Shown here one piece after another: positions 1-9,042 of a stretch of 64,000 nucleotides of DNA. The stretch covers positions 32,001 through 96,000 of IMG/VR virus record IMGVR_UViG_3300035698_017726; one strand, 5' to 3'. The position numbers and the translations under genes are program-made. Numbering within the stretch: the stretch's first letter is position 1; each line of letters begins with the position of its first letter. Below the pieces are notes generated by a model that ran no database searches, had not been told where the DNA came from, and worked only from the letters and a program-made list of their open reading frames with translations. Source of the DNA: a virus.

Positions 1-507
1 GGTGGGTCACAGAAGTGGAGGACCGCTCGTCCAGAAGAAGACGAGGACGGGAATCACGCCACCAAGTACACGCTCAAGGCCAAAGAGTTCTCCGAGCACA
101 AGCAGCAGGTGGTTCAGCTGGACGCCGGCGGGCAAATAGATGGTGGAGTCTTCAAGCTCCAAGTCTTTGCCGATGGAAACATTGGCAGCGAAGACGCCCT
201 AGATGCTCAGTTCTCTGCGACTATCGATAAAGAAGGTAAGGTCGCCATAGAAGCTGACGATGTGGACATCCACCTACATGAAGGAAAGACTGTCAGAATC
301 TTCGACTCAGATGGCTCTGCGACAGAGGGAGTTGTCCTCGGGAAGACTTTTCTCACCGACCTTCTGACGTTCTTTACGGGTCTTCAGACTATACTTGGTA
401 CGATAGGGCTCACTGTTCCGGGCCTCTCCGATATGATCACGAAAACTACCACTACTCTCGGTGTCGAGGGTGCCCCCTACCTCTCTACCAGAACGAAGAC
501 AGAATAG
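1..507 (+). CDS. Baseplate spike/hub-like protein, C-terminal part (5' truncated by window edge)
   Basis: Frame is open from base 1. Beta-rich region ending in GVVLGKTF...YLSTRTKTE resembles phage spike C-termini; lies upstream of structural genes. Confidence 0.5.
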   Translation, partial: GGSQKWRTARPEEDEDGNHATKYTLKAKEFSEHKQQVVQLDAGGQIDGGVFKLQVFADGNIGSEDALDAQFSATIDKEGKVAIEADDVDIHLHEGKTVRIFDSDGSATEGVVLGKTFLTDLLTFFTGLQTILGTIGLTVPGLSDMITKTTTTLGVEGAPYLSTRTKTE

Positions 508-729
508 ATGCCGATGTCCGCTACGATATGCAGTCCCTTGGCCGTAGAACAGGTCAAGCTCAAGCTCCGTGAGAAGAATCCGGAGCTAGCTACGCTGATT
601 GACTCGGACAACGTCGACTTTGACTACTTGGTAGAGGCCATCGTAGAAGGCGTGGTAGAACAACTCATACTGCACATCGTTTCGTTCGGAGTACCCACAG
701 TAGGCGGTACTCCGGGAACTATTCTATAG
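508..729 (+). CDS. Small phage protein, possibly baseplate-associated
   Basis: Abuts the previous stop; LVEAIVEGVVEQLILHI...GTI pattern. Confidence 0.5.
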   Translation: MPMSATICSPLAVEQVKLKLREKNPELATLIDSDNVDFDYLVEAIVEGVVEQLILHIVSFGVPTVGGTPGTIL

Positions 730-737
730 AGGAATCC

Positions 738-3149
738 ATGTTCCACACAGCCACCAATGAGTCCCTCTTCGTAGAGCCCGTGGATACCGACAACCTGTTG
801 GAGAAGCAAGCAGACTCTATCGCCAGGATGCCTGACGATGAAGAGAAGTGGCCTGCCCACGCTCTCTCGGAAGTCCACAAGCAGATGCCATATCTGAGCG
901 ACTTCGATGTGGACATCAATCTCGATAGGGTTGAGCCCGAATCAGGCTACGCGCTGGGCTCTGCGTCTCTGCGGAACAAGACTCGTGCGGACGTCCCTCC
1001 TGGGGATACCAAGCCCACGAACCTCATCAGGATCCCACTCATCATCAAGGACCGGCACCTGCAGCCGTTCCATGTCTTCGAGCTTGGGGGTAGCACATAT
1101 CCGCTCAACCAAGAGCGCGTGCGCCAGGCAATGCTGGACCCCGAAGTCTTCGAGGCCCAGCCCACTAAGCTTCCAGGAAGCAGCTCTCTCACTGACCAGC
1201 TTTTCCCTCCATACCAGCAGCGTCAGGGCTTCGGCCGCGTGTCCGAGCCTTCTGCCATGGGCATCAGCAAGATCTCCTCGTCTCCTGAGAAGATCGCTAA
1301 CATCTTCCTCAACTTCTCCATGGGGAACATGATTCCGGCGATGACTATTCTCGACAAGATCGAGGGTATGAAGCTGCGACCAGGTGTAGTCCCGCAGAAC
1401 CTGGTCTTCCACAAGATCCAAGGCACCAGCTACGTAGTCGGCTTCCCCAAGACCTTCGCCAAGAAGCTCTACGGCGTACAGGATCAGGCTCAACTTCGTA
1501 AGCTGCTGTCGACTCCTATGTACGACGAGGCCATGACGGCTCGCTCAGGTCGTCCTAGCCCCGGTAAGTTCGTTCTCCTGGAGAAGAAGGGCGACAAGTA
1601 TATCTACCAGAAGCCCAAGATGACCCCATCTCTGATGAACAAGGGACAGGGCGGCGGAGATGCTGTCCGTGAGTCCACCATGAAGATGGGCGGAGCCCGA
1701 GGCGCGGCCTTGGGTGCGGCGCTAGGACAGCTTCCGGGCCACATCTTGGAGACTCAGCAGCTCTATGGACCTGGAAACGTCGAAGGCCTTCGGGATGTCG
1801 GTGCCTTTGCGCAACCTGTAGGAGCCGCCATCGGTGCAGCCCTAGGTGCCGACTCGGGACACAGGCTGAGCTCTGCCGCTGGCGCCACTATTGGTGGCGG
1901 TCTGGGAGCTCTTGGAGGAGCTCTTGGAGGAGCGGTTCCAAGTGTCCTGGCCAACCCGGAACAGGAGGGATGGGACAATCCGATTCCTACGAAACTTACC
2001 CACGGAGGAGCTCTAGGCGGCTCCCTGCTCGGTGCAAGCCTAGGCGCCAGCCTCGCCCACGGGAAGCCTCAGCTTCCTCCAGTAGAGAAAGCAGCATCTG
2101 TACGGATGCGTGACTTCCTGAAGCTCGGCTTCGACGGCGCCTTCAACAACGTAGGCTATCAGGAAGGAGTAGCTCCTGGTGGAGACGACCTCGGTGATCC
2201 GCAAGGCGACATGCCGCAGCAGAACCCACAGGATCAAGCGCCCCCACAGGTGGGTCCTGAGGCACAGCAACGGCCTCCAGTCCCAGGACAGGACCCAGCC
2301 ATGCAGCAGGCTGCTGCAGCTCCCCAGCATCCTCCTGCTGAGCCTGCGCAACAGATGGATGAGGAGCAGGCAGCTTACCAAGAGAAGATGCAGGCAGTAA
2401 GTGACGCTCTTCAGACCCATCCTCAGGCAGCAGGACTTATTGAACTGCAGGCGCAGCTGATGTCGACCACTGACCCAGAGCAGGGCCAGAAGATGCTGAT
2501 GACCCATCCTATTGTGAAGGGTCTCGAGCAGGCGTACGGCGTCAAGTTCACCCACGTCGGCCCAGATGAGTCTGGCCAGTCTCTCACCTTCGACATCGAG
2601 AAGCCGTGGGAGAAGCGTGAGCAGGAAGGGCTCAAAGAGCAGCTCCAGCAGTCCCAGCAGGGTGGTGCCCCACAGCCAGGCAGTGAAGAGCCTAAGATGG
2701 CGAGCTTGCGGGATTTTTTCTCAAGGGCTGACCGAGGCGTCCCACAGGGCACGCACGCACGCTATACGCCCGGTCTCCTTGGCGAGGCTCAAGGAAAGAA
2801 GGGCAAGGTTTGGAAGCTGGGCAAGAAAGAGCCTGTCAAAGCAGAAGAGCCTAAGGCTGAGCCCAAGAAGGAAGAGCCCAAAGAGGCCAACGTGGCCGCA
2901 GCTCTTGCTCCTATCGCCAAAGCCATAGGTGGTCGTGCTCTCGGTGGGGCAGTAATTGGTGGAGGCCTCGGGGCCGCTACTGGGGCCGCTACTGCAGGTG
3001 AGGGCAACAGATTGAAGGGCGCACTGAAGGGTGGAGTAGTAGGTGGAGCGGCTGGTGGAGCTGTAGGCGCGGGCAGCGGTGCCTACAAAGGTATCGGGCA
3101 ACATATGGCCGGCGGCAGTATCTGGGATTCCGTAAAAGGGAACAACTAA
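738..3149 (+). CDS. Large multi-module putative virion (head-internal) protein with KxA motifs, glycine zippers and a Q/P-rich linker
   Basis: 803-aa ORF with GAGGA RBS; the 3' end probably extends to 3213 via a +1 shift (see findings). Confidence 0.75.
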   Translation: MFHTATNESLFVEPVDTDNLLEKQADSIARMPDDEEKWPAHALSEVHKQMPYLSDFDVDINLDRVEPESGYALGSASLRNKTRADVPPGDTKPTNLIRIPLIIKDRHLQPFHVFELGGSTYPLNQERVRQAMLDPEVFEAQPTKLPGSSSLTDQLFPPYQQRQGFGRVSEPSAMGISKISSSPEKIANIFLNFSMGNMIPAMTILDKIEGMKLRPGVVPQNLVFHKIQGTSYVVGFPKTFAKKLYGVQDQAQLRKLLSTPMYDEAMTARSGRPSPGKFVLLEKKGDKYIYQKPKMTPSLMNKGQGGGDAVRESTMKMGGARGAALGAALGQLPGHILETQQLYGPGNVEGLRDVGAFAQPVGAAIGAALGADSGHRLSSAAGATIGGGLGALGGALGGAVPSVLANPEQEGWDNPIPTKLTHGGALGGSLLGASLGASLAHGKPQLPPVEKAASVRMRDFLKLGFDGAFNNVGYQEGVAPGGDDLGDPQGDMPQQNPQDQAPPQVGPEAQQRPPVPGQDPAMQQAAAAPQHPPAEPAQQMDEEQAAYQEKMQAVSDALQTHPQAAGLIELQAQLMSTTDPEQGQKMLMTHPIVKGLEQAYGVKFTHVGPDESGQSLTFDIEKPWEKREQEGLKEQLQQSQQGGAPQPGSEEPKMASLRDFFSRADRGVPQGTHARYTPGLLGEAQGKKGKVWKLGKKEPVKAEEPKAEPKKEEPKEANVAAALAPIAKAIGGRALGGAVIGGGLGAATGAATAGEGNRLKGALKGGVVGGAAGGAVGAGSGAYKGIGQHMAGGSIWDSVKGNN

Positions 3150-3209
3150 CCTTTCCAGTGGCTTGACCGGTAAAGGTAGCCTAGCTGGCGATATGCTTGG
3201 GAGAACGAA

Positions 3210-4697
3210 ATGAGCTTGTGTGAAAAGATTGCTGGGACCGTTAACCGCGATGACTTCGCTAGGTTTGACGATGTCTTTGAGGATCGGAATTTCCGACCTC
3301 TCCTCCACAATAACGAGGCGGTTTGGGGCTGCTTGAATAAGCTGGCCTCCAAGCCTATCTTGACGGGGAAGGAGCTACTCAAGGTGGCGATGGGCTCAGC
3401 ACCTACACGTACAGACGTTGTACAGATCCGTCCACACGGCTACGGCTATCGAGTCAAGGTCTCTGCTGCTCCTGACATGGTCGCTCCCCAAGAGACCGAC
3501 ATGAGCCAGCAGCAGGCTCAGCAGACCATGCCACAGGAGGCCCTTGATGCGGCCGATCATCAGGGTGTGGCCACAATGACTGGCGTCGACGCCCAGCCTG
3601 ACCCTCTGGTAGAGAAGTCGCAGCCCATTACCGGCTTTGGTGTCTACAAGGTCTACCAAGCCGACACAGGTAAGCAGATTCTTGGCTATGTCATTCCTGG
3701 ACTGTTCGACCCCACTACGGGCGCGGCCAGCCAGATGACCCTGTTCACCAACGGTGGGCAGTACGCTATGATTCCAGGTCAGGTCTCCGGTGTGCTAGCA
3801 GGAATCAACTTCAACCTGCCTGAGAGTAACAACGTCAGGGGCATGGGTATCTTCTGGAAGACCAACGGTAAGGCGCTTCTAGCTACGGTTCCCTACACCA
3901 TCGTCTCTCAGATCACTACACCGGCCGGCGAGTACTTCGCGGCGCAGGACATGAACGGTCAGGAGATTCAGGTACGCCTCTCCCCAGGCCTGGTCCGTCC
4001 CATCGCTTCCCGACCAGGTGAGGTCATCATCCCCGATGACTTTAGCTTCCTACCTCTCGACAACCCCATTGAGATTGAGCAGGGCGACCCCATGGGCGGA
4101 GAGAAGGCAGCTTCCCTTCCCACCATGATGGAGATCCGTGCCTGGTCCACCGGCTGCCGGCTGGACGGCCCCGTGCTGGAGAAGGTCGGTTCCGGTGAAC
4201 ACTCTCTGTCCGATGGTCTCTTCTGGATGGCAGCCACAGGTATCCCACAGAATCTCGGCATGGCTCTGCTAGAGAAGGCTGCTGCCGCCAATGAAGCTAT
4301 CCGTGTCTACGGACTGCAGCCCCTCTCCACCATCGACGATGCTGTCGCCGAAGCCAGAGAGGACGCCAAAGAGGCGATGGTCAACAGCCAGTGCCCACAG
4401 AGAGTCAACCTCCTTAGGGAGATGGCTATCATCACTAGCGACAAGATGGCTTCGGCCATGGTCGATGTGAGTTCCGTGGATTCTGTGTTGGCCCTCAACT
4501 TCCTGAACCCAGAGAACCTCGAGTCCTTCGTAGACGAGATTCCCGCTCTGGAAGAGGCTGCGTCCAAGATTGCTGAGTTGGTCCTGGCGTCACAGATTGG
4601 TCTCCAGTCCGTGTCCAAGACCGCAGCAGTTAGTGCTATGAAGGGACTGGAGCAGGTCATTCAGGGCCTCAAGGCGCTGAAGAACTACGAGGTCTAG
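3210..4697 (+). CDS. Putative virion protein with KxA motifs
   Basis: 495-aa ORF, GGGAGA RBS, codon usage consistent with neighbours. Confidence 0.75.
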   Translation: MSLCEKIAGTVNRDDFARFDDVFEDRNFRPLLHNNEAVWGCLNKLASKPILTGKELLKVAMGSAPTRTDVVQIRPHGYGYRVKVSAAPDMVAPQETDMSQQQAQQTMPQEALDAADHQGVATMTGVDAQPDPLVEKSQPITGFGVYKVYQADTGKQILGYVIPGLFDPTTGAASQMTLFTNGGQYAMIPGQVSGVLAGINFNLPESNNVRGMGIFWKTNGKALLATVPYTIVSQITTPAGEYFAAQDMNGQEIQVRLSPGLVRPIASRPGEVIIPDDFSFLPLDNPIEIEQGDPMGGEKAASLPTMMEIRAWSTGCRLDGPVLEKVGSGEHSLSDGLFWMAATGIPQNLGMALLEKAAAANEAIRVYGLQPLSTIDDAVAEAREDAKEAMVNSQCPQRVNLLREMAIITSDKMASAMVDVSSVDSVLALNFLNPENLESFVDEIPALEEAASKIAELVLASQIGLQSVSKTAAVSAMKGLEQVIQGLKALKNYEV

Positions 4698-4698
4698 C

Positions 4699-5013
4699 AT
4701 GGAATATACTCTGGCCAAAGTGGCCGACGCGTATAAGCGTGCTGGCGGTGGGTCAGATGGCGCCGGCGGTATCGGTGAGGGTCAGACCGACCCAGTTACT
4801 GAGCTCGGTGACGCTGCGGCCCGTGGCATCGGCCAAGAGGGCAAAGAGAAGCAGCATGCCTTGGGTGAAGCTCTCCATGAGCGGCACGGCCTCAAGAAAC
4901 GCGAAAAGCCTACGCTAATCGATGCATTCAAGAAGGTGTGGGAACAGCCAGACGAAGAAAAGAACGAGAAAGGCAACAAGAACATGCCCGTCGGCGGAGG
5001 AGAAGACCGCTAA
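4699..5013 (+). CDS. Hypothetical protein
   Basis: Tightly packed in the operon; N-terminal LAKVA motif. Confidence 0.65.
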   Translation: MEYTLAKVADAYKRAGGGSDGAGGIGEGQTDPVTELGDAAARGIGQEGKEKQHALGEALHERHGLKKREKPTLIDAFKKVWEQPDEEKNEKGNKNMPVGGGEDR

Positions 5014-5892
5014 GTGAGCCAGCATCCCGCCAGATTCTTCATCAAGTATCTGCTAGTCACGCAGGACAGGATCGGTTTAGCCAACATCAACAGTACTCTC
5101 CGTCTCTATGGGCTCTGCTCTACAGATGCGGAGCTACTGACTGAGCTGAGGGGCGAGGTCGACGAGGTCCCAGACGACTTCAGGCCTTGGTCCAAGTCCC
5201 ATACTCCTAGTTCTAGATGGCTAAGAAAGCATCGGGTATTTGGTCTGGTCCACGCAGACGACTCGGTGAAGGGGATGAAGGAGAGGATCCTAGAGGACCC
5301 TCGTCTTCGTGCCGACATCGATACGCTGCTCTTAGGTAATGTCTCCTGTAGGGAGGCCGCCTATCGCCTACAGAAGATGCGCTGTCCGGTAGATGAAGCA
5401 GAAGTAGCTGCGTACATGCATTACTTCTGGAATACCGAGCTGATGGGGCTCTCTGACTGGACTACCTACTTCGCAGAGGACGCTAAGACGCTGAAGGGGT
5501 CCGGCAGAACTACATCTGACCATCGGATGTTGGCTGCTCTGAGCGCTGGACCGGACGTAGCGCTACACAAGGTGGGAGTACGCAAGGAGATCGACACCAA
5601 GATCATCTTGGACAAGATCCAACGGGAGCTCTACCATTCCTTTCTAGAAGTCAGCGCCCTACCTATCAGCTCCAAGAAGGTAGAGATGATGCTCGGCCTT
5701 ACAGCAGGGCTATTGAAGGTGGACGAGCGCCTAGCTGCTGGAGATGCCGCACTACATGAGGTACTCAAGCGCTTCGAGAAGTTCCGCGTACTGAACGATC
5801 AAACTATGGTCCCTTCGTTAGTGGACCTTGCGCCCACAGGAACAGTGAGTGATAGAGATCGTGCGGACATTCTCGCTATGAAGGAGTCTTGA
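5014..5892 (+). CDS. Hypothetical helical protein
   Basis: 292-aa ORF abutting both neighbours. Confidence 0.7.
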   Translation: MSQHPARFFIKYLLVTQDRIGLANINSTLRLYGLCSTDAELLTELRGEVDEVPDDFRPWSKSHTPSSRWLRKHRVFGLVHADDSVKGMKERILEDPRLRADIDTLLLGNVSCREAAYRLQKMRCPVDEAEVAAYMHYFWNTELMGLSDWTTYFAEDAKTLKGSGRTTSDHRMLAALSAGPDVALHKVGVRKEIDTKIILDKIQRELYHSFLEVSALPISSKKVEMMLGLTAGLLKVDERLAAGDAALHEVLKRFEKFRVLNDQTMVPSLVDLAPTGTVSDRDRADILAMKES

Positions 5893-6341
5893 TGAGCATC
5901 CCGCAGGATCAGGTTCAAACTGTAGACGGTAGTGTATCCCCTCGCCCAGACTGGGCATACGATGAGCGCTTGGTGATGTCCAAGGCTGACGTAGAGAAGT
6001 TCGGGAACACCGACCTAGCGGGCTGGCCAAGACTGGAGTTCGAGCCGGAGCACTTCAAGGGTGCCGCCGTTATCCTCCGTCCCCCTGGCGACATCATCTA
6101 CCAGTTCTTCGGAGTCTCTCTCCCAAAGGGGCACGAGTTTCAAGAGCTTCTGGCAGAGGCAGTGGACTCTCACTTCGGCAGCACGGATGACTTCCGTGTA
6201 GACTACGTCGAAGAAGTTGGCGCCTGGGGCCTTCTAGCCAAGGCCGTGAGAGACCGACCGTTGTACAATGAGGACCACTACATCCTCCAATTCCTCCGTC
6301 TGGTCGACGCGGCCATAGAAGGGGTAAAGAATGCCAGTTAG
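5889..6341 (+). CDS. Hypothetical protein
   Basis: Overlapping stop/start with the upstream gene; AAGGAG RBS. Confidence 0.7.
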   Translation: MMSIPQDQVQTVDGSVSPRPDWAYDERLVMSKADVEKFGNTDLAGWPRLEFEPEHFKGAAVILRPPGDIIYQFFGVSLPKGHEFQELLAEAVDSHFGSTDDFRVDYVEEVGAWGLLAKAVRDRPLYNEDHYILQFLRLVDAAIEGVKNAS

Positions 6342-7167
6342 AGTTCGTACCTTCCCTACAGCCAGAGAAGCCGCCTCCTTCATGAACCAGAAGGGGCTGG
6401 CCCTGGATGAGATCGAGGGGCTGCATCCCAACGGCTCAAACCACATTATGGTCTTCTACGAAGAGGATGATGCGGTCATTACCGACACGACTAGAGGTAT
6501 GGCTGGAGTTTCCTACGGGGTCTCTACCAACATTCCTACGCCTGCTGGGTTCTACATTCCTCTGGGTGATGGTCGTACTACGATAGCTGGCGAGAACATC
6601 GGGCCTGTAGCTGCCGACGGCACAGCGACCGGTGTTCTGGCTCAGACAGAGACCATCCCCGGCACTGTAGAGATCACAGATGCTGGTGGTGCCGGAGAAG
6701 ATCTGGTCGATGATGGCTACGGCTTCTTGGTATTGAAGGCCCGTCCAGACCAGAAGCGCGGAACTATCGTCTACTCGACGAGTACGTTCACCGTACAGTT
6801 CCACAGAGACGAGCGGCCCACAGGTAACATGCTCTGTGACTATGACTGGTCCCTGTTCCCTGACATTACCGATGTGCCCACCAAGGCCCGACTCTCTCTT
6901 ATCTTGCTCCGCTGTGTGTCTGGAGCGGCCGTCACGGTAGTAGATTGGGAGCTCCATGAGACCAGTGCGGGCGGTACTCCTCCCCTCCACTTGGGAAGCG
7001 CCGTTCCTATCGTTGCGGGAGAGACTGTCCGTATCGAGCTGGACCTGGTGAGCATCATTATGGACCGTACAGTACGGAATGCTCGTTGGCTGTACGTGGT
7101 CCCTGACCACGCAACCAACCAGTTTGACTGCTACCTGTACTGGGAAGCCCTAGACAGAGCAGACTAG
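6331..7167 (+). CDS. Putative structural protein (baseplate/tail-like beta domain)
   Basis: IPGTVEIT...DDGYG...GTIVYST...VQF pattern is typical of baseplate-wedge-type repeats. Confidence 0.55.
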   Translation: MPVRVRTFPTAREAASFMNQKGLALDEIEGLHPNGSNHIMVFYEEDDAVITDTTRGMAGVSYGVSTNIPTPAGFYIPLGDGRTTIAGENIGPVAADGTATGVLAQTETIPGTVEITDAGGAGEDLVDDGYGFLVLKARPDQKRGTIVYSTSTFTVQFHRDERPTGNMLCDYDWSLFPDITDVPTKARLSLILLRCVSGAAVTVVDWELHETSAGGTPPLHLGSAVPIVAGETVRIELDLVSIIMDRTVRNARWLYVVPDHATNQFDCYLYWEALDRAD

Positions 7168-7824
7168 TCACCAGCCGCTGGGCTTTCTGACCCCGCCTCT
7201 CTTCTTGAGTGCGGTCTTACATGGCAGGGATCTATGGGCCTCGGTGAGGCCCAGTCTTTCCAGTGCCTCCATGTGTTCTCTGGTTCCGTACCCAGAGTTC
7301 CTCTCCCAGCCGTAACCTGGGTACTCCAGCGCCAATTTATTCATGATGTCATCACGAATCTGCTTGGCAACTATGGACGCAGCGGCGACGACGAAGTAAT
7401 CGTTGTCCGCCTTTGGCACAATCTTCTGCGGGTATGCGTACCCGGAGATGCCTTTGTTGCCGTCGACGATGGTGAGGTTGGGCACTAAGCCTGCATCTCT
7501 CGTTGCGTCCCTAGCCGCTCTCCGCATCGCCAGACTGAGAGCCTCGGAATACCCTTGCTCATCGATGTCGCCAACGGACACAAGTCCGACGCCGATTGCG
7601 CCCGTCGCCTGCGCGAGCTCTACGATCTGTTCTTCGAGGGCTCGGCGGGAGTTCCTAGTCATCTTCTTGGAGTCCTTGACCCCAGTGATGGGCCACCATC
7701 TCCGAAGAGCTGTAGTAAGCGATCTACTAGGTGGGACGTTTGCCTCGAGAGTAATAGCCACGGCCACCAGGGGTCCTGCTAGGGCCCCCAAGCCTACCTC
7801 GTCTACGCCTGTAATCAGCAACAT
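7168..7824 (-). CDS. rnhB: Ribonuclease HII
   Basis: Motifs GVDEVG.G.LAGP, VKDSKK, VDGN, KAD..VAAASIVAK..RD, GYGW..N.GYGT..H. Start placed at ATG 7824 (GAGGA RBS). Confidence 0.93.
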   Translation of the reverse strand: MLLITGVDEVGLGALAGPLVAVAITLEANVPPSRSLTTALRRWWPITGVKDSKKMTRNSRRALEEQIVELAQATGAIGVGLVSVGDIDEQGYSEALSLAMRRAARDATRDAGLVPNLTIVDGNKGISGYAYPQKIVPKADNDYFVVAAASIVAKQIRDDIMNKLALEYPGYGWERNSGYGTREHMEALERLGLTEAHRSLPCKTALKKRGGVRKPSGW

Positions 7825-8131
7825 GATCCTCGTTATAGGGATTGAAGTCCATCTCTGGACCGAGTCCTCTAAGGTAAATAGTTGCCCAGAAATCGATGCC
7901 TTTCCATTCTGATTTCTTGTAGGCACTATCGTTTATGTCGGCCCACTGGATAAGAAGAGCTCGCACGAATGGCAGCTCTTTCCCCATGAAGGGACGGTGT
8001 AGTTGAAGGTGGAGGACCCGCTTCAGCGGGTCCCCCGTCTCCAGCAACTCCCAGCCGTAGACGTCACCATCGAGAGCCCGATTTACGGACTCCGCGAAGG
8101 ATTTCGCCCACTTTAAGGCTGGTGTTTCCAT
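7727..8131 (-). CDS. Hypothetical protein
   Basis: 134-aa ORF; 3' end overlaps rnhB by about 100 nt. Confidence 0.55.
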   Translation of the reverse strand: METPALKWAKSFAESVNRALDGDVYGWELLETGDPLKRVLHLQLHRPFMGKELPFVRALLIQWADINDSAYKKSEWKGIDFWATIYLRGLGPEMDFNPYNEDHVADYRRRRGRLGGPSRTPGGRGYYSRGKRPT

Positions 8132-8142
8132 GTACTCACACT

Positions 8143-8973
8143 CTAGCGGGCAGCGAACTTTTGTGCCAGATCTTCGAGAGAATCCGGCGAGGCAGCTACC
8201 ACGGGGCGATTCTTGGGTACCTCTACCTTGTAGAATCCCATGCGTGGCTGCAAAAGTACGTTATCTCCTAGAGAGAACAGGTGAGTCATATCTGCTACTT
8301 CGCTGAAGATGGCCTCATGAACGTTGGCCTCTTTCGGAAGGAGCTTTTCCCCTGGTGGTCGAATTCTGGCGTGGACTACTCTAGGCCCCTTGACCCCTTG
8401 AATCCTCACCCCGATGAGTGGCACTATCTGGGGCCCGAATACGGCTACTGGATTCCTGTAGTTTCCTACTGTCTCCCTAGGAATATACAGGGCACAGAAT
8501 CCGCACACGAACCCAGGTTTGTCCTTTTCGTGCCGTCCTGGGGTCCAAATACGGTCCTTCCGCAGCTTGAGTGGATCATTTCTGTGCTCCATTGGCTCCC
8601 CGCAGCAGGGAACCCCCTTCCGGGATCTTCTGCCGTCCTCGAAGTCGATCTTGGTCGGCCTCGGTGCTACCAGTTTCTCCAAGGTCTTGTCGCAGTCGCG
8701 ACAGTGGAGGAGCGGTATCTCCACGCGTGCCGTTGCCCCCGGCGGGCTCTGGTCTAACGAGTCCTCCAGTGCGTCGAAGGCGGCTTCTCCCGGATCCAAG
8801 AGATGCCCCAGGACAGATCCGGTGATCAGTCCCCAAGTTCCCTCCACGAATCCCTGAAAGTGAGCCTCCAGCAGCTCCTTTTCGGGATAACTAACCACTT
8901 CTCCACTGCTCGTTCTGTCTGTCTTCTCCGGAATGTGCTTGAGCACAAAGCCGGTAATCGTCAGTTCCAGCAT
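8143..8973 (-). CDS. Hypothetical protein with CxxC/CC Zn-ribbon-like motifs
   Basis: GGGAGG RBS; CRDC, PCCGEPM and CGFC motifs. Confidence 0.7.
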   Translation of the reverse strand: MLELTITGFVLKHIPEKTDRTSSGEVVSYPEKELLEAHFQGFVEGTWGLITGSVLGHLLDPGEAAFDALEDSLDQSPPGATARVEIPLLHCRDCDKTLEKLVAPRPTKIDFEDGRRSRKGVPCCGEPMEHRNDPLKLRKDRIWTPGRHEKDKPGFVCGFCALYIPRETVGNYRNPVAVFGPQIVPLIGVRIQGVKGPRVVHARIRPPGEKLLPKEANVHEAIFSEVADMTHLFSLGDNVLLQPRMGFYKVEVPKNRPVVAASPDSLEDLAQKFAAR

Positions 8974-9042
8974 GACACCTCCCTATTTTAGCGTAAAATT
9001 GAGGTTCAGTCTTTCGACCATCCTTCTTATGTCGGAGAAATC

